A stretch of 64,000 nt of DNA from Alphaproteobacteria bacterium (GTDB lineage: Bacteria > Pseudomonadota > Alphaproteobacteria > Bin95): contig CBDBGH010000001.1 in NCBI GenBank assembly GCA_965205265.1, forward strand, positions 1 through 64,000, in the 5' to 3' direction. Every line of letters begins with the position of its first letter. The first letter of the stretch is position 1. The notes under the pieces are model-generated. The model was given only the letters and a program-made list of their open reading frames with translations, made no database searches and was not told the origin of the DNA. Shown here piece after piece: positions 41,601-52,815 of the stretch. The position numbers and the translations under genes are program-made.

Positions 41601-42716
41601 TTGCGCGTCGTTGGCATAAAGACTTATCCACTGACGGTTCCTACTGGTGACCTGCAGCGCACTTCCCAGGGCTCATTCGGCACCATTTCGATTCTGGTCG
41701 TCATTGTTGAAACCGACGCGGGAGTCACTGGCGTCGGCGAGGCTCTCGCGCGCCAAGGCCCCACCGCCTACGCTGCTTTGATCGACAACCTTTTGGCGCC
41801 GAAGGTGCTTGGCGCAGATCCGTTCGCCGTCGCTGGCATCTGGAAAACACTGTTCCGATCGTTCACCGGTCGTTCCGGCGGGGTCCTCATCGAAGCGATT
41901 GCCGCTATCGACATGGCCATGTGGGACATCATGGGCAAGGAGACCGGTCGGCCCGTTTACGAACTGCTTGGCCATATGGGCAGGGAGCGCCTTAGAGCCT
42001 ATGCTTCGTCGATCCCATGGGTCGATGACGGCGGCGCAGCTCGTGTCGTTGAGACATGCCTCGAGGCTGGGTTCAGGGAGATGAAGGTCAAGATCGGGGC
42101 TCCGGCGGAAGCAGCGTTGGCGCGTGCACGCCTTGTCCGTGAGCTCGCCGGCCCGGACATTGGCCTAATGGCAGACGGCAACTGGATTTTCGACGTCGAT
42201 GAGGCATTGCAAGTCGGACGAGGTTTGGCAGAGCTCGGATATATCTGGTTTGAAGAGCCCATCGTGCCGGAAGATATGGAAGGATACCGCTACTTGCGGA
42301 ACCGATTGCCGATCAGGCTGGCAGCAGGAGAAAGCGAACACACCGCGGCAGGCGCTGCGCCGCTGCTGGCGGCGCGATTGGTCGGAGTGGTTCAGCCAGA
42401 TGTCGCCCGCTCAGGCGGGATCACCGAAACGCGTAAGATAGCGCTTCTGGCGGATTCGATGCACATCCGCTACGCGCCCCATGTCGGTGCGTCCGGCGCC
42501 ATATGTGCCGCCGCAAGTCTGCATCTGGCGGCGGCCATGCCGAATTTCTGGACCTACGAATGCATGGAGTTTCCCAACCCGCTGCGGGATGCGCTTCTGG
42601 CGTCGCCGGTTCCGGGCCCCGATGACATCGAGGACGGAACGCTGCCGCTGCCTTCAGGGCCTGGGCTGGGAATTGAACTCAACATGGCAGAGGTGGAGAA
42701 ATGGACGAATGCGTAG
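41601..42716 (+). CDS. Mandelate racemase/muconate lactonizing enzyme (enolase superfamily)
   Basis: TTG start after AGGAG. GVTGVGE, AIDMAMWD, KVKIG, DGN, WFEEP, AAGES, PGLG. Confidence 0.9.
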   Translation: MRVVGIKTYPLTVPTGDLQRTSQGSFGTISILVVIVETDAGVTGVGEALARQGPTAYAALIDNLLAPKVLGADPFAVAGIWKTLFRSFTGRSGGVLIEAIAAIDMAMWDIMGKETGRPVYELLGHMGRERLRAYASSIPWVDDGGAARVVETCLEAGFREMKVKIGAPAEAALARARLVRELAGPDIGLMADGNWIFDVDEALQVGRGLAELGYIWFEEPIVPEDMEGYRYLRNRLPIRLAAGESEHTAAGAAPLLAARLVGVVQPDVARSGGITETRKIALLADSMHIRYAPHVGASGAICAAASLHLAAAMPNFWTYECMEFPNPLRDALLASPVPGPDDIEDGTLPLPSGPGLGIELNMAEVEKWTNA

Positions 42717-43538
42717 GCAATACGACGCTGCTTGGCCGCCTTAGCAGAGGCTATTACGAGTTCAGCGTGCCCGAACGGCGTGTTGCCGATTTCGTGCTCG
42801 AGGATCCTTCGAGCATTCCGCGCAAGAACCTTGCAACGATCACCGAGGGCGCAGGAGTCATCGAGCCGACGGTTCTGCGCTTTTGCTGCTCGATCGGCTT
42901 AGATGGTTACGCTCATTGCAAGGTCGAACTCGCTGCGGCACTTACCGCTAGCGGAGCCGCCTGCGTTCATCGCGACGTGTCCATTGATGATGACAAAGCC
43001 ACCGTTCGGACAAAGCTGACCCAGTCGTCGGTCAATGCCTTGACACGCCTGCAGGAGTCCATCGACGACGCAGCAGCCACCGAGGCTGTTGATCGCATTT
43101 CTGATGCACTGCGCGTTCAGCTGTTTGCAGTCAGGCCTCGGCGGTGTACTCGCCCTCGATGCCCAACGGAAGTTCATGCGCCGGGACTTAGTCTGCGAAT
43201 CCCAGCACGACGCCCAATTGCAAACCATGGCGTCAGTAACGCTTGGGCCCGGAGACGTCGTGCAGGCTCTTTCCTACAACGGGCGAATAAAGGACGTCCT
43301 ACGCACGGTGACGACCGCACGCGAGTCCAGTGCTTTCGTCATTGCAGTCGCGCTGCCCGGATCACCCGCCACGAAAGCACCCGATCTAGTGATCGCGGTC
43401 GATCCACCCGAAGACATCTTTTTATATGCACTGATGACATCGCACTTGTCTCAACTGGTCGCAATCGACCGTTTGACGACGTTCGTGGCGGTGCGCCGAG
43501 GACCAGCCATCGTTCCCAGGCTCGAGCGCATCAAGTAA
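42701..43538 (+). pseudogene. RpiR/MurR-family regulator (HTH + SIS), frameshifted near 43130
   Basis: ERRVADFVL...EPTVLRFCCSIGLDGY in one frame; GLGGVLALDAQRKF...LSYNG in another. Confidence 0.8.
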
Positions 43539-43645
43539 TCCCTGAGCGATCAGTGGATCGCGGAGCGTGGCCATTCGAGGCAGCGACCTCGATCGGAATC
43601 ACCCGCGAACGAAGGACCTTCTGATAGGTCACAATGGAGGAAATC

Positions 43646-44926
43646 ATGAGACTAGTATCGCTAACACTCTCTGTCGCCGCCGGGATATTGGCCCTTTCGC
43701 CCAACGATTCGGCTACTGCCCAGGACAAGCCGGAGAAGCTCACCATCATTTCACACCGTGTGCACCAGACGGTCGCGACCGGTGCCCAGGGCGGCGACAT
43801 TACAGCGGCCTGGCGTGAGGCGAACGGTGTCGACGTGGAGTGGGTGACGCTGGGAACAGGGCCACTCCATGAGCGGCTGTTCCGCGAGCTCGAACTTCCT
43901 GAGACGAGCATCGACATCGCGTTTCTCTTGAACACCCGAGCCGTGGCGAGCGTAACGTCGGCGCTGGAGCCCCTGAATGCACATCAGGCTGCAAACCCGA
44001 TCGAGAACATTGACGACGTTTTCCCGGGACTGAGGGCAGCCATGACATTCGGCGGCACGATGTTTGGCGTGCCCTTCCGCCATGCGTCGAGTTGCTTCCA
44101 CTACAACAAGCGCATCCTCGAAGAGCGTGGAATCGATGTTCCCACGACGATCGAGGAATTCGCTGAAGCGGCGCGCGCCGCGACCTACGAGGTAGATGGC
44201 AGCAAGGTGCATGGTTTTGTCATTAACGGTCAGGGATATGCCAACGTCGTCGACCTAGCGCGAGCCTGGGACGGTGACTTCGTCACCCTCGACTACAAGG
44301 TCAAGACGACAGACACCGGCATGATGAATGCCGCCAACCTATTGCGATCGTTCTACGAAAAGGGCGTTTTGCCCAAGAACTGGGCGGCGATCTCCAACGA
44401 AGAGAACAATACGTGGATGCAGACCGGTCGATCGGCCATGACGATCACTTCGTGCGGGCGCAACCGCCTGTACAACGATCCCGAGAAATCGCAGGAGACC
44501 GGCAACATCGTCACAGTTGCGCTGCCCGTCAGCGAGGACTTCCTGGGCGCCTTCGACGTGGCTCCCGCCAAGGTCGAGTTCTGGACGATTGTTATCCCGA
44601 AAAACTCGCGAAACAAGGAGTTCGCCTGGGATTTGGTCAAGACGATGCTCTCGGAAGAAAGCACGTTGATGGCCGCTTTGAACGGTAACGGTCCGGTGCG
44701 AGCATCGACGTATGATCGGCCGGAGATGAAGGACAAGCTCTCCTACGCTGATGAGGAAAAGGCGGTCCTGCTCGTAGGGCGCGTTCCGTTGCCACCGTTC
44801 GAGAATTCCGCTCGCGCCACGGATGTCTTCGTCGAAGAGATCCAGGCCGCTGTTCTGGGTCTGAAGCCTGTCGACGAGGCGATGGCGGAGATTGACAGGC
44901 GCGTAACGCCGTTGCTGCCGCAGTAG
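43646..44926 (+). CDS. CUT1 ABC transporter substrate-binding protein
   Basis: Signal peptide, FGVPF...HYNKRILEERG, and position in an ABC operon. Confidence 0.88.
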   Translation: MRLVSLTLSVAAGILALSPNDSATAQDKPEKLTIISHRVHQTVATGAQGGDITAAWREANGVDVEWVTLGTGPLHERLFRELELPETSIDIAFLLNTRAVASVTSALEPLNAHQAANPIENIDDVFPGLRAAMTFGGTMFGVPFRHASSCFHYNKRILEERGIDVPTTIEEFAEAARAATYEVDGSKVHGFVINGQGYANVVDLARAWDGDFVTLDYKVKTTDTGMMNAANLLRSFYEKGVLPKNWAAISNEENNTWMQTGRSAMTITSCGRNRLYNDPEKSQETGNIVTVALPVSEDFLGAFDVAPAKVEFWTIVIPKNSRNKEFAWDLVKTMLSEESTLMAALNGNGPVRASTYDRPEMKDKLSYADEEKAVLLVGRVPLPPFENSARATDVFVEEIQAAVLGLKPVDEAMAEIDRRVTPLLPQ

Positions 44927-45010
44927 ATCGAAATGGGCTGCGGGGTGGCGACCGCGCCATCCCGCGGCGTTGCCAAACTAGATTCAGCCTAACCGAAGGA
45001 ACGATCGCCG

Positions 45011-45880
45011 ATGCGACTCAGCCTGGTTCACGTTCTCCTCGTGGCGCCGGTGCTCTTGCTGTTGATCCTCGTGATCGGCGTACCTTCTATTTACGTGCTG
45101 TGGCTCAGTCTGCAGAAGACCGCCTTCGGTCAGGAGCCGCAGTTTGTCGGCCTCGCCAACTATTACAGCGTTCTGTCCGACCGCTATTTCTGGCGGGCAT
45201 TTCTCAACACGTTCGTTGTCGTCAACATCGTTGTCTATGTGGAGATTACCGCCGCCATCGGCATGGCGTCATTGTTCGCCAGCGGCGCGCCTTTCCGGCG
45301 CATGATGATCTCGCTGGTCATCGCGCCCTACGCGGCCAGTGAGGTCGTGGCGGTCGTGATCTGGAAGTACATGTTCGAACCTGACATTGGACTCGTGTCG
45401 GCCCTGATGACATTCCTCGGTTTGCCAGAATTGACCTGGACCACCGATCGGTGGGCGGCACTCGGGCTAGTGGCGTTGCTCAGTATATGGATGAATCTGC
45501 CGTTCAGTTTCCTGATACTTTACTCCGCGAGATTAGGCTTGCCGAAAGAACTGTACGAGGCTGCCACCATCGACGGCGCAACACCCTGGGATCATTTTCG
45601 GCGCATAACCCTGCCGCTGCTCATGCCGGCGATACTGGTCGCCCTGTTGTTTCGCTATGTATTTGCGTTTCGATTGTTCGCAGAGGTTTGGCTTCTGACG
45701 GGAGGCGGCCCAGCGCGACAGACGGAAGTGCTTGCCATCTACCTGTACCGCCACGCCTTCAGCTACCAGGAGTTTGGCGTCGCCTCGGCCATCGGCTGGC
45801 TGATGGTGATCGGAACGCTGCTGATCGCGTCGGGCTATCTGCGCACCATGTACAAACGGATGCTTACCAGCGATGCGTAA
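45011..45880 (+). CDS. CUT1 ABC permease
   Basis: FVGLANY, ELYEAATIDGA (EAA loop), TGGGP. Confidence 0.93.
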   Translation: MRLSLVHVLLVAPVLLLLILVIGVPSIYVLWLSLQKTAFGQEPQFVGLANYYSVLSDRYFWRAFLNTFVVVNIVVYVEITAAIGMASLFASGAPFRRMMISLVIAPYAASEVVAVVIWKYMFEPDIGLVSALMTFLGLPELTWTTDRWAALGLVALLSIWMNLPFSFLILYSARLGLPKELYEAATIDGATPWDHFRRITLPLLMPAILVALLFRYVFAFRLFAEVWLLTGGGPARQTEVLAIYLYRHAFSYQEFGVASAIGWLMVIGTLLIASGYLRTMYKRMLTSDA

Positions 45881-46706
45881 CCGCAATTCCGCTCTCCGGT
45901 TGCTGAAGGGATTGGCCTATCTGGCGATAGCCCTTTGGTCGGGTGCACCGATTGCACTCCTGGTGCTCTCGTCGCTCAAGCCGCCACGTGACATACTCTC
46001 TTTTCCGCCGACCATCATCTTTACGCCCACACTCGACAATTACCGAGCATTGATTTCCCGCTGGCCGGGATTCTTCGACGCAATGTGGAACAGCTTGATC
46101 ATTACGGTCGGCGCGACCGTCGTCACGGTCATCACGACGACGATGGCCGGCTACGTCTACGCCCGCGTGCGCACCCGGGCCACGGCCATCTCGTCGTTCT
46201 TCATGATCCTCATCCGCATGATCCCGCCGATCGTCATCTCGCTACCGCTCTTTCCGTTGGTCAACATTTTGAGGCTGTCTGACACGCACATCGTCCTCAT
46301 TATCCTCTACGCGACATTCTTCGTCTCACTGAACACGTGGATAATGAAAGCGTTCATCGACCAGATACCGTTGGAGTTGGAAGAGGCGGCGACAGCAGAC
46401 GGTGCAACGCTGCGCCAAGTCCTGCGCCACATCATCGTACCGCTCTCTGCTCAGGGCATGATCGCAGCCTCGACATTCGTTCTCATCTTCTCGTGGAACG
46501 AGTTCCTGTTCGCTTTCATTTTCACGACCACGAACGCCAAGACCGCTCCGATCGTAATCAGCGAGATGGTTGGTGCCATCGACGGCGTCGACTGGGGCAT
46601 TCTGTTCGCGGCGGCGACAGTTCAGCTCGTGCCGATCCTGGTCTTCGTGATAGCTGTGCAGAAATACGTAATCGCCGGCCTCACGGCCGGATCGCTGAAA
46701 GGTTGA
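45873..46706 (+). CDS. CUT1 ABC permease
   Basis: PTLDNY, IPLELEEAATADGA, SWNEF, GLTAGSLKG. Confidence 0.93.
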   Translation: MRNRNSALRLLKGLAYLAIALWSGAPIALLVLSSLKPPRDILSFPPTIIFTPTLDNYRALISRWPGFFDAMWNSLIITVGATVVTVITTTMAGYVYARVRTRATAISSFFMILIRMIPPIVISLPLFPLVNILRLSDTHIVLIILYATFFVSLNTWIMKAFIDQIPLELEEAATADGATLRQVLRHIIVPLSAQGMIAASTFVLIFSWNEFLFAFIFTTTNAKTAPIVISEMVGAIDGVDWGILFAAATVQLVPILVFVIAVQKYVIAGLTAGSLKG

Positions 46707-46722
46707 ATAAGGGAGACACGCG

Positions 46723-47580
46723 TTGAATGATTTCCAGATGGCGCTTTTGCGAGCGGATCCGAAGTTATCACGATTCAGCCCGTTGCAACGGATCATATAT
46801 TTTGACGACTTCGACACCGGTTACAACGGGTGGACGGCCCTTATCGGTAATTATGAGGATGATATCGGCAATATGCACCCTGGGTATAGGCAGCTGACAT
46901 TGCCGATGCTCTCCAATCTATCGTTCTGGGACGCCGGTGCGCATGGCAGTTTTGACGGTAGCTATGCTCTCAAGATCGCAAGCCGGGCCAGGGCCGGTAC
47001 GCAAAACGTGGCGATCAAGCGCATCACCTTCATCAAACCCTGCCCGATCCAGATCGAGTTCTTCTTCACTTTTAAACCTGAGGCAAGCGCTGCGCAGTTG
47101 CTCGATACCGACCTGCGTTCGGTTGGGATTCTTCTGGACCTGCAAGATGACCGACATCGGGTCATGCCCCACCTGCGATACCTCAACGCCTATGAGGGAG
47201 AACGCGTCGAGCGCTGGCAGTTTAAGGAGAAGCGGGTTCCGGTGAAACGCTTCAGCGACAAAACCGTCACCCACTATCACCTAGCGGACCGGGACTGGAA
47301 GCATCTGGGATCCGAACGCCAGGTACTCTGCTACAACGAGATTCCGACCAAGGTGAACTGGCAGTATGCGCGGCTGAAGTTCGACCTGCGCACGATGCGC
47401 TATCTTGAGTTCCAATGTAACGACGTGAGCTACGATGTCGGCGATCTCGGTTCGCTAACTCTCCCCGCCATGCCGAACTTGCGAGGGATGTTCAACGTCG
47501 CCTTCTTTGTAGAGAGCGACGCGGACCGCCGCTCCAGCCTCTATGTGGATTCAGTTCTGGTTTCGGGAGATTGGGAATAA
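46723..47580 (+). CDS. Uncharacterised beta-rich protein (DUF6772-like by recollection)
   Basis: ADPKLSRFSPLQRIIYFDDFD...CYNEIPTKVNW; embedded in the ABC operon. Confidence 0.7.
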   Translation: MNDFQMALLRADPKLSRFSPLQRIIYFDDFDTGYNGWTALIGNYEDDIGNMHPGYRQLTLPMLSNLSFWDAGAHGSFDGSYALKIASRARAGTQNVAIKRITFIKPCPIQIEFFFTFKPEASAAQLLDTDLRSVGILLDLQDDRHRVMPHLRYLNAYEGERVERWQFKEKRVPVKRFSDKTVTHYHLADRDWKHLGSERQVLCYNEIPTKVNWQYARLKFDLRTMRYLEFQCNDVSYDVGDLGSLTLPAMPNLRGMFNVAFFVESDADRRSSLYVDSVLVSGDWE

Positions 47581-47912
47581 TGCCCGCGCTTCGAGAAAGC
47601 TATACGGCGGTCGTGGCACGCGCCGAGACAATCACCAATGGATACGCGACGGAAGCTTACGAGGCCGGTTGGGCCAAGGAAGCTGTCGTGTTCGCCCAGA
47701 ATGTCGAGGTCGGTGCCGCCACCGTACTGCACGTGCAGATCTCGGCCGATGGGATGAACTGGCTGGATGAGGGAAGTCGCCTCGAGATCGCGGCCGACGC
47801 GTCGGGAGAGTTTGCACGCGTCAGTCATTTCGGAAACTGGCTGCGGTTGCGTGCCGAGGTGCCGGACAATGGCAAAAGGCGCCTGACCCTAACGGTTCAT
47901 TTTAAAGCGTAA
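47580..47912 (+). CDS. Small hypothetical beta-sandwich protein
   Basis: TEAYEAGWA...VQISADGMNWLDEG...HFGNWLRL; coupled to the upstream gene. Confidence 0.7.
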   Translation: MPALRESYTAVVARAETITNGYATEAYEAGWAKEAVVFAQNVEVGAATVLHVQISADGMNWLDEGSRLEIAADASGEFARVSHFGNWLRLRAEVPDNGKRRLTLTVHFKA

Positions 47913-47953
47913 GCGTCTTGCGGGATCGGAGCGGCGAAGGGAACAAGTAAACA

Positions 47954-49006
47954 ATGGCGTCAGTCGATATTGTAGATGTCCACAAATCCTTCGGGCAAGT
48001 CAAAGTCCTGCGGGGAATCAGCTTGAGCATCGCCGATGGGGAATTCGTCGTTCTGGTCGGTCCCTCAGGCTGCGGAAAGTCGACGCTCCTGCGCATGCTG
48101 GCAGGGCTCGAAGATATTGCCGCCGGCAAGGTCAGAATAGGCAACCGCGTGGTCAACGAATTGCGCCCCAAGGAGCGCGACGTCGCCATGGTGTTCCAGA
48201 ACTATGCGCTCTACCCACACATGACCGTGGCCGCCAACATGGGCTTTTCGCTGATGTTGCAAAAGATCGAGCAATCGGTGGTCGACACGCGCGTCAAGGG
48301 TGCGGCCGAGATCCTCGGCCTGTCGCCGTTTCTGGATCGCTATCCTCGCCAGCTGTCTGGCGGCCAGCGCCAGCGCGTCGCCATGGGTCGGGCGATCGTG
48401 CGCAACCCGCAGGTATTTCTGTTCGACGAGCCGCTCTCGAACCTGGATGCCAAGCTGCGCGTTGCCATGCGTACCGAGATCAAGGAATTGCACCAGCGCC
48501 TCAAGACCACGACCATCTACGTCACCCACGATCAGATCGAGGCGATGACCATGGCCGACAGGATCGTAGTGATGAACGACGGCGTGGTCGAACAGATCGG
48601 TGCGCCGTTGCAGCTTTACGACGATCCTAGCAATATGTTCGTTGCCGACTTTATCGGGTCCCCTGCCACCAATTTCATCGACGGTCGGCTGGGCGCCGAT
48701 GGCGTCGTCACCGAGGACGGCATCACGCTACCGGTGCGCAATATCAGGGGATCAGGTGGGGGTCGACCGGTGCATTACGGCATACGACCCGAGCATCTGG
48801 AGTTATCGGACAAAGGCCTGGATGCCGAGGTCGTCGTGGTAGAGCCGACCGGGGCCGATACGCTGTTGTTCGCTAGGGTCGGCAATCGCCAACTGGTTGC
48901 CGTGTTTCATGAGCGCCACAGCCTTCACCCTGGACAAAAGGTGAAGCTCTTCCCGCGTCCCGACGCCGCCATGGTCTTCGACCAAGAAACCGGTCGACGC
49001 CTGTAG
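47954..49006 (+). CDS. MalK/UgpC-type ABC ATPase
   Basis: GPSGCGKST, LSGGQRQR, FDEPLSNLD. Confidence 0.95.
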   Translation: MASVDIVDVHKSFGQVKVLRGISLSIADGEFVVLVGPSGCGKSTLLRMLAGLEDIAAGKVRIGNRVVNELRPKERDVAMVFQNYALYPHMTVAANMGFSLMLQKIEQSVVDTRVKGAAEILGLSPFLDRYPRQLSGGQRQRVAMGRAIVRNPQVFLFDEPLSNLDAKLRVAMRTEIKELHQRLKTTTIYVTHDQIEAMTMADRIVVMNDGVVEQIGAPLQLYDDPSNMFVADFIGSPATNFIDGRLGADGVVTEDGITLPVRNIRGSGGGRPVHYGIRPEHLELSDKGLDAEVVVVEPTGADTLLFARVGNRQLVAVFHERHSLHPGQKVKLFPRPDAAMVFDQETGRRL

Positions 49007-49055
49007 CATGACGTGCATCTTCGAACATTCCAGACGCACCCCGGGGGAGTCCTAA

Positions 49056-50429
49056 AATCCTAATAGGCCGAACATACTGTGGTTCACCACCGACCAGCAG
49101 CGGTTCGATACCATCGGTGCGCTCGGCCACTCCGCGGTGTCGACCCCAACGCTGGACAGGTTGGTCGCGGGCGGCTTCGTTTTCACCCACGCCTTCTGCC
49201 AGTCGCCGGTATGCACGCCGAGCCGTGCGAGTTTCATTGCAGGGATGTACCCTAGTAGCATACGGATGAACCGCAACGGCAACGGAGCATTTCCATCCTC
49301 GCCACCGCTTGTCACGAAACTGGTTGCCGACGCGGGCTATGTCTGTGGCAATGTCGGTAGGCTTCACTTGGCCAGCGCTTGGAACGGCTCCGAGGCGCGC
49401 ACCGATGACGGTTACAGCTATTTTGCCTACAGCCACAAACCGAGCCAGCACGGGGGCTACGACTATGCCGCCTGGATCAAGAGCCGCGGAGGTTTGCTTG
49501 ACGCCCTAACTTCAAGTGCAGGCGGCGTTCCGTCACGTTTGCACCAGACGACATGGTGCGTCGGTCGCGCCATTGAGTTCATCGATCGGAACCGGGATCG
49601 CCCGTGGATGCTGACGGTCAACCCGTTCGACCCGCACCCGCCGTTCGATCCGCCAGCAGACTACGTCGACATGTTCGACGCGGACGCCATGCCTAGGCCG
49701 CACATCCGGGAAACCGACCTGGACGCGCAGGCAAAGCTCGCCCGATCGATTTCGGGACGGAGGCCCGGCGGCCGGACAGCGGCAGCAATGCGCTCGGACT
49801 GCACGAAGACTGAGGCGGCTGCAGGCTACCTACTACGCCATGATTCGGTTGATCGACGACCCGACCGGCTTCTAGGCCATCTGAAGGCGGCGAGTCTGGC
49901 GAAGACCACGCTCGTGATCTTCACCAGCGATCACGGCCTCTTGCTGAAAGGTTGCCACTTCTACGAGGGCCTCGCCCGAGTAACGCTTGTCCTTTGTGGG
50001 CCCGGCGTCGTCAGTGCCGGACACCGAAGCGATGCGCATGTCAAACTCACCGATCTCGCACCGACCATCCTCGAACATTGTGGCGTCAAGATTACGTCGG
50101 CAAAGCATGGCCGCAGTCTCGCGCCGATCATGCGCGGAGACACCGATCCATCGGTTCATCGCGACCATGTGCGCTGCGAGTATTTCGACGCGGTCGATAT
50201 GCCGGACAAAACGTCGGCAACCATGTTCCGGAACGCGCGATACAAGCTAGTTGTCTATCACAACCACGATCTCGGCGAACTCTTCGACCTCTCGCGCGAC
50301 CCGTGGGAGTTCCACAATCTGTGGGATTCGGCCGATCACCATTCCATCAAGTCGGACCTGATCCGGCGGAGTTTCAACAGCACGGTCGCGGCTTTCGACA
50401 AAGGGCCAGACAGGATCGCACCCTGGTGA
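49056..50429 (+). pseudogene. Cys-type sulfatase, start codon apparently lost, internal lesions likely
   Basis: RPNILWFTTDQQR follows an in-frame TAA at 49053 with no ATG. CTPSR signature, DPHPP, FTSDHG, ELFDL..DP.E..NL. Confidence 0.8.
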
Positions 50430-50442
50430 GGTTCCTGCAGAG

Positions 50443-50770
50443 ATGCCTATCGAGACCCGTTCCAACATCATTGAATTCTCTACCGGTCAGCACCGCGCTG
50501 ACTTCCTGTGTGTCTCGGGCAAGTCGGTCAGCGCACCGCATATCGACCGGCTGACCTGCGAGCGGACACGTTTCACCGCCCGCATCACCGCAAGCCCAGC
50601 CTATCGGCCGTCACGGGCATCGCTTATGATGGGCATGCCGCCCCTTTCCCATGGTATCCGCGACAGCGGCATCGACCCGCACATGTCGAAACACGGATTT
50701 GCTGCACTGTTGGCCGATGCCTGCAACCAAACAGTCTTTGTCGGTGGCGCGGTCAAATCAAAGCGACAAG
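50443..50770 (+). pseudogene. Second sulfatase N-terminal fragment
   Basis: SNIIEFSTGQHRAD...PHIDRL...PSRASLMMG. Confidence 0.65.
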
Positions 50771-51790
50771 CCCTTCAGGGGTGATGTCCTGTGCCAAATG
50801 CATCAAGACATCCCCCGGCGCCGCTCGTACGGGAATACGCCGGCACAGCACCATCCCCGACGCCATCGCACGAACTGGCTCCGACATGCGCTCAAGTCGT
50901 TCCAGATCGTGCAAGTGGCCGACGATGTCCCCGGGTTCCACTTGATCTCCCAATCCTACGGTGGGCGCAAAGGCACCGTGATGTGACGCGCGTACAAAAT
51001 GCTCCGGCTCTACGAGCATCAGGCGGCTGTTCGCGGGTTCACCGGGAAACGGGCCGGTCAAACTGACGGCAGCCAGGCACCGCCTGATCCCATGTCGGGC
51101 GATATCGAGGGTCGTCGGTCTTACGCCTCCACCTCCACCGAGTTCGGTCGCCATGCCGATGACGCCGCGATCCTGGGCCTCAGACACCAGAGTGCCTCGT
51201 CCGACGGGATTGAGAATGAACGCCGCTGCGGGCGCCCCGAAGGCGAGCATTAGATCGCGCACGGCCGCCGCCTGTTCTGGGTTGTTTGGCAAGCGGCCAA
51301 AGGCGCAAGGGTAGTATTCCAGAGACCGGCCGCCGCTGTGCAGATCTACGAGGTAATCCGCGCGCGACAGCAGCAATTCAGAGATCGCCCAAGCGACCAT
51401 TTCGGTGAGCGTTCCATCGGGCCTGCCGGGAAAACTGCGCGCAAGATCGCCGGCGTCGACCGGCGAAAGCCGGCGTCCGGCCCGGGATTCCGCTGGTCTT
51501 GCCATCGGTACGATGATCGCCCGGCCATTGATCATTGCCGGATCGAGGTCGATAGCCAGTTCGCGAAGGATCAGCTGGCCTTCGTATTCATCGCCATGGA
51601 CGCCCCCTGTGAACAGCATAGTCGGACCCTCTCCGCAATTGATTGCGGCGACGGGGATGACGATCTGGCCATAGGCCGAATCCTCGTGCGAATATGGCAC
51701 GGTCAGCGCGCCGAAATGGCGCCCCGCTGTCTCGAGTTCGAGCGCAAGCGTGGCCGGACCGGCGCTGTGGATGATTGTCGGCGTGCTCAT
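50753..51790 (-). CDS. Succinylglutamate desuccinylase/aspartoacylase-family deacylase
   Basis: GGVHGDEYEG, DLARSFPG, VDLHSGG, ELGGG and a C-terminal barrel-sandwich domain. Confidence 0.88.
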   Translation of the reverse strand: MSTPTIIHSAGPATLALELETAGRHFGALTVPYSHEDSAYGQIVIPVAAINCGEGPTMLFTGGVHGDEYEGQLILRELAIDLDPAMINGRAIIVPMARPAESRAGRRLSPVDAGDLARSFPGRPDGTLTEMVAWAISELLLSRADYLVDLHSGGRSLEYYPCAFGRLPNNPEQAAAVRDLMLAFGAPAAAFILNPVGRGTLVSEAQDRGVIGMATELGGGGGVRPTTLDIARHGIRRCLAAVSLTGPFPGEPANSRLMLVEPEHFVRASHHGAFAPTVGLGDQVEPGDIVGHLHDLERLERMSEPVRAMASGMVLCRRIPVRAAPGDVLMHLAQDITPEGLVALI

Positions 51791-52815
51791 TGTGCAGCCT
51801 TTCGATCAAAAACCGCTGCATGGATGAATAGACCGGGCGCTCCGCCCGAATGAAGGAACATGGCTTTGCCGCCGGTTGGAAGTCGGCCATCACGGAGCGC
51901 AATCTGCATTCCGGCAAGTCCTCGTCCTGAGTAGATCGGGTCGAGGACAAGCCCTTCCGTCCTGCCTGCAAGCTCCACCGCCGAGATGCTCGCCCGCGAA
52001 GGCTTTCCGTAACCAGGAAAAACCGCGTCGTCTACGATGTCGAAATCGTGGGGCAAGATGCGTTCGGCCCAGTAAAGCCAGTCGGCCGCCCGGTCGGCAG
52101 TCTTGATGATCCACTCTTTCAGCCGGCCTTCAGGCTGCTGAACACTGATGCCGACCAATCGAGTTGAGACAGCCAGCCGTTTGAAGCCAAGCGCCAGCCC
52201 GGCGAGGGTCAAACCAGAACCGCAAACCACGACCAGCTGATCTGGTATGCCCGGGAGCGACGCAAAATCGTCGAGCAACTCGCCCGCGCCTGCGGCCCAG
52301 GCCGCGATCCCGACATTCGCGCTTACCCCGGTCAGTTGAACGATATGCGGCGCCCGGTCGGCGGCGCGGTACTGCGCTGCGATGGCTTCGAGCTCGGCGG
52401 TAATCGCGGGGTTCCAAGGGTCGGTATGCTCTGAGAAAGTCACCGTGGCCCCAAAAATATGGTCAAGCAGCAAGTTTCCTACAAGCTCAGTTCCCATATT
52501 GGCCCGAAGGTGCAGGTGACATCCGAGCCCCAGCTTCGCGGTAGCACCGGCGAGAGAGCGGCAGAAATTCGATTGGCTTCCGGCTGTCGCAATCACCATG
52601 TCTGCCTGTTTCTGAATGGCTTCAGCCAGGATGAAATCAAGCTGGCGCAGTTTGTTGCCGCCCAATGCGTAGCCAGACTGATCCTCGCGCTTGATCCACA
52701 GGGAATCCAGGTGCAGCGCGTCCGCAAGCCTTGGGGCGGCATCCAAGGGCGTTGGGAGTCGGGTCAATTCAAGGCGGTCCAGCCCCGTTATCCTGTCTGA
52801 AATCGGTTTTGCCAT
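51787..52815 (-). CDS. PLP lyase of D-cysteine desulfhydrase/ACC deaminase/cysteate sulfo-lyase family
   Basis: PTPL, IKRED...GGNKLR, QSNF, EGLVLDPIYSG, LHSGG. Confidence 0.88.
   Translation of the reverse strand: MAKPISDRITGLDRLELTRLPTPLDAAPRLADALHLDSLWIKREDQSGYALGGNKLRQLDFILAEAIQKQADMVIATAGSQSNFCRSLAGATAKLGLGCHLHLRANMGTELVGNLLLDHIFGATVTFSEHTDPWNPAITAELEAIAAQYRAADRAPHIVQLTGVSANVGIAAWAAGAGELLDDFASLPGIPDQLVVVCGSGLTLAGLALGFKRLAVSTRLVGISVQQPEGRLKEWIIKTADRAADWLYWAERILPHDFDIVDDAVFPGYGKPSRASISAVELAGRTEGLVLDPIYSGRGLAGMQIALRDGRLPTGGKAMFLHSGGAPGLFIHAAVFDRKAAQ

Noticed and set aside
40071-42716. 881-aa ORF looking like a transposase-enolase fusion
   Set aside because: It is chance read-through across a decayed IS66 (IRs and 8-bp duplication at 39881-41462). 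The enolase has its own RBS and TTG at 41601.
51787-52815. ACC deaminase (acdS)
   Set aside because: It lacks the diagnostic Glu in DPVYEG (here DPIYSG), so only a family-level call is made.
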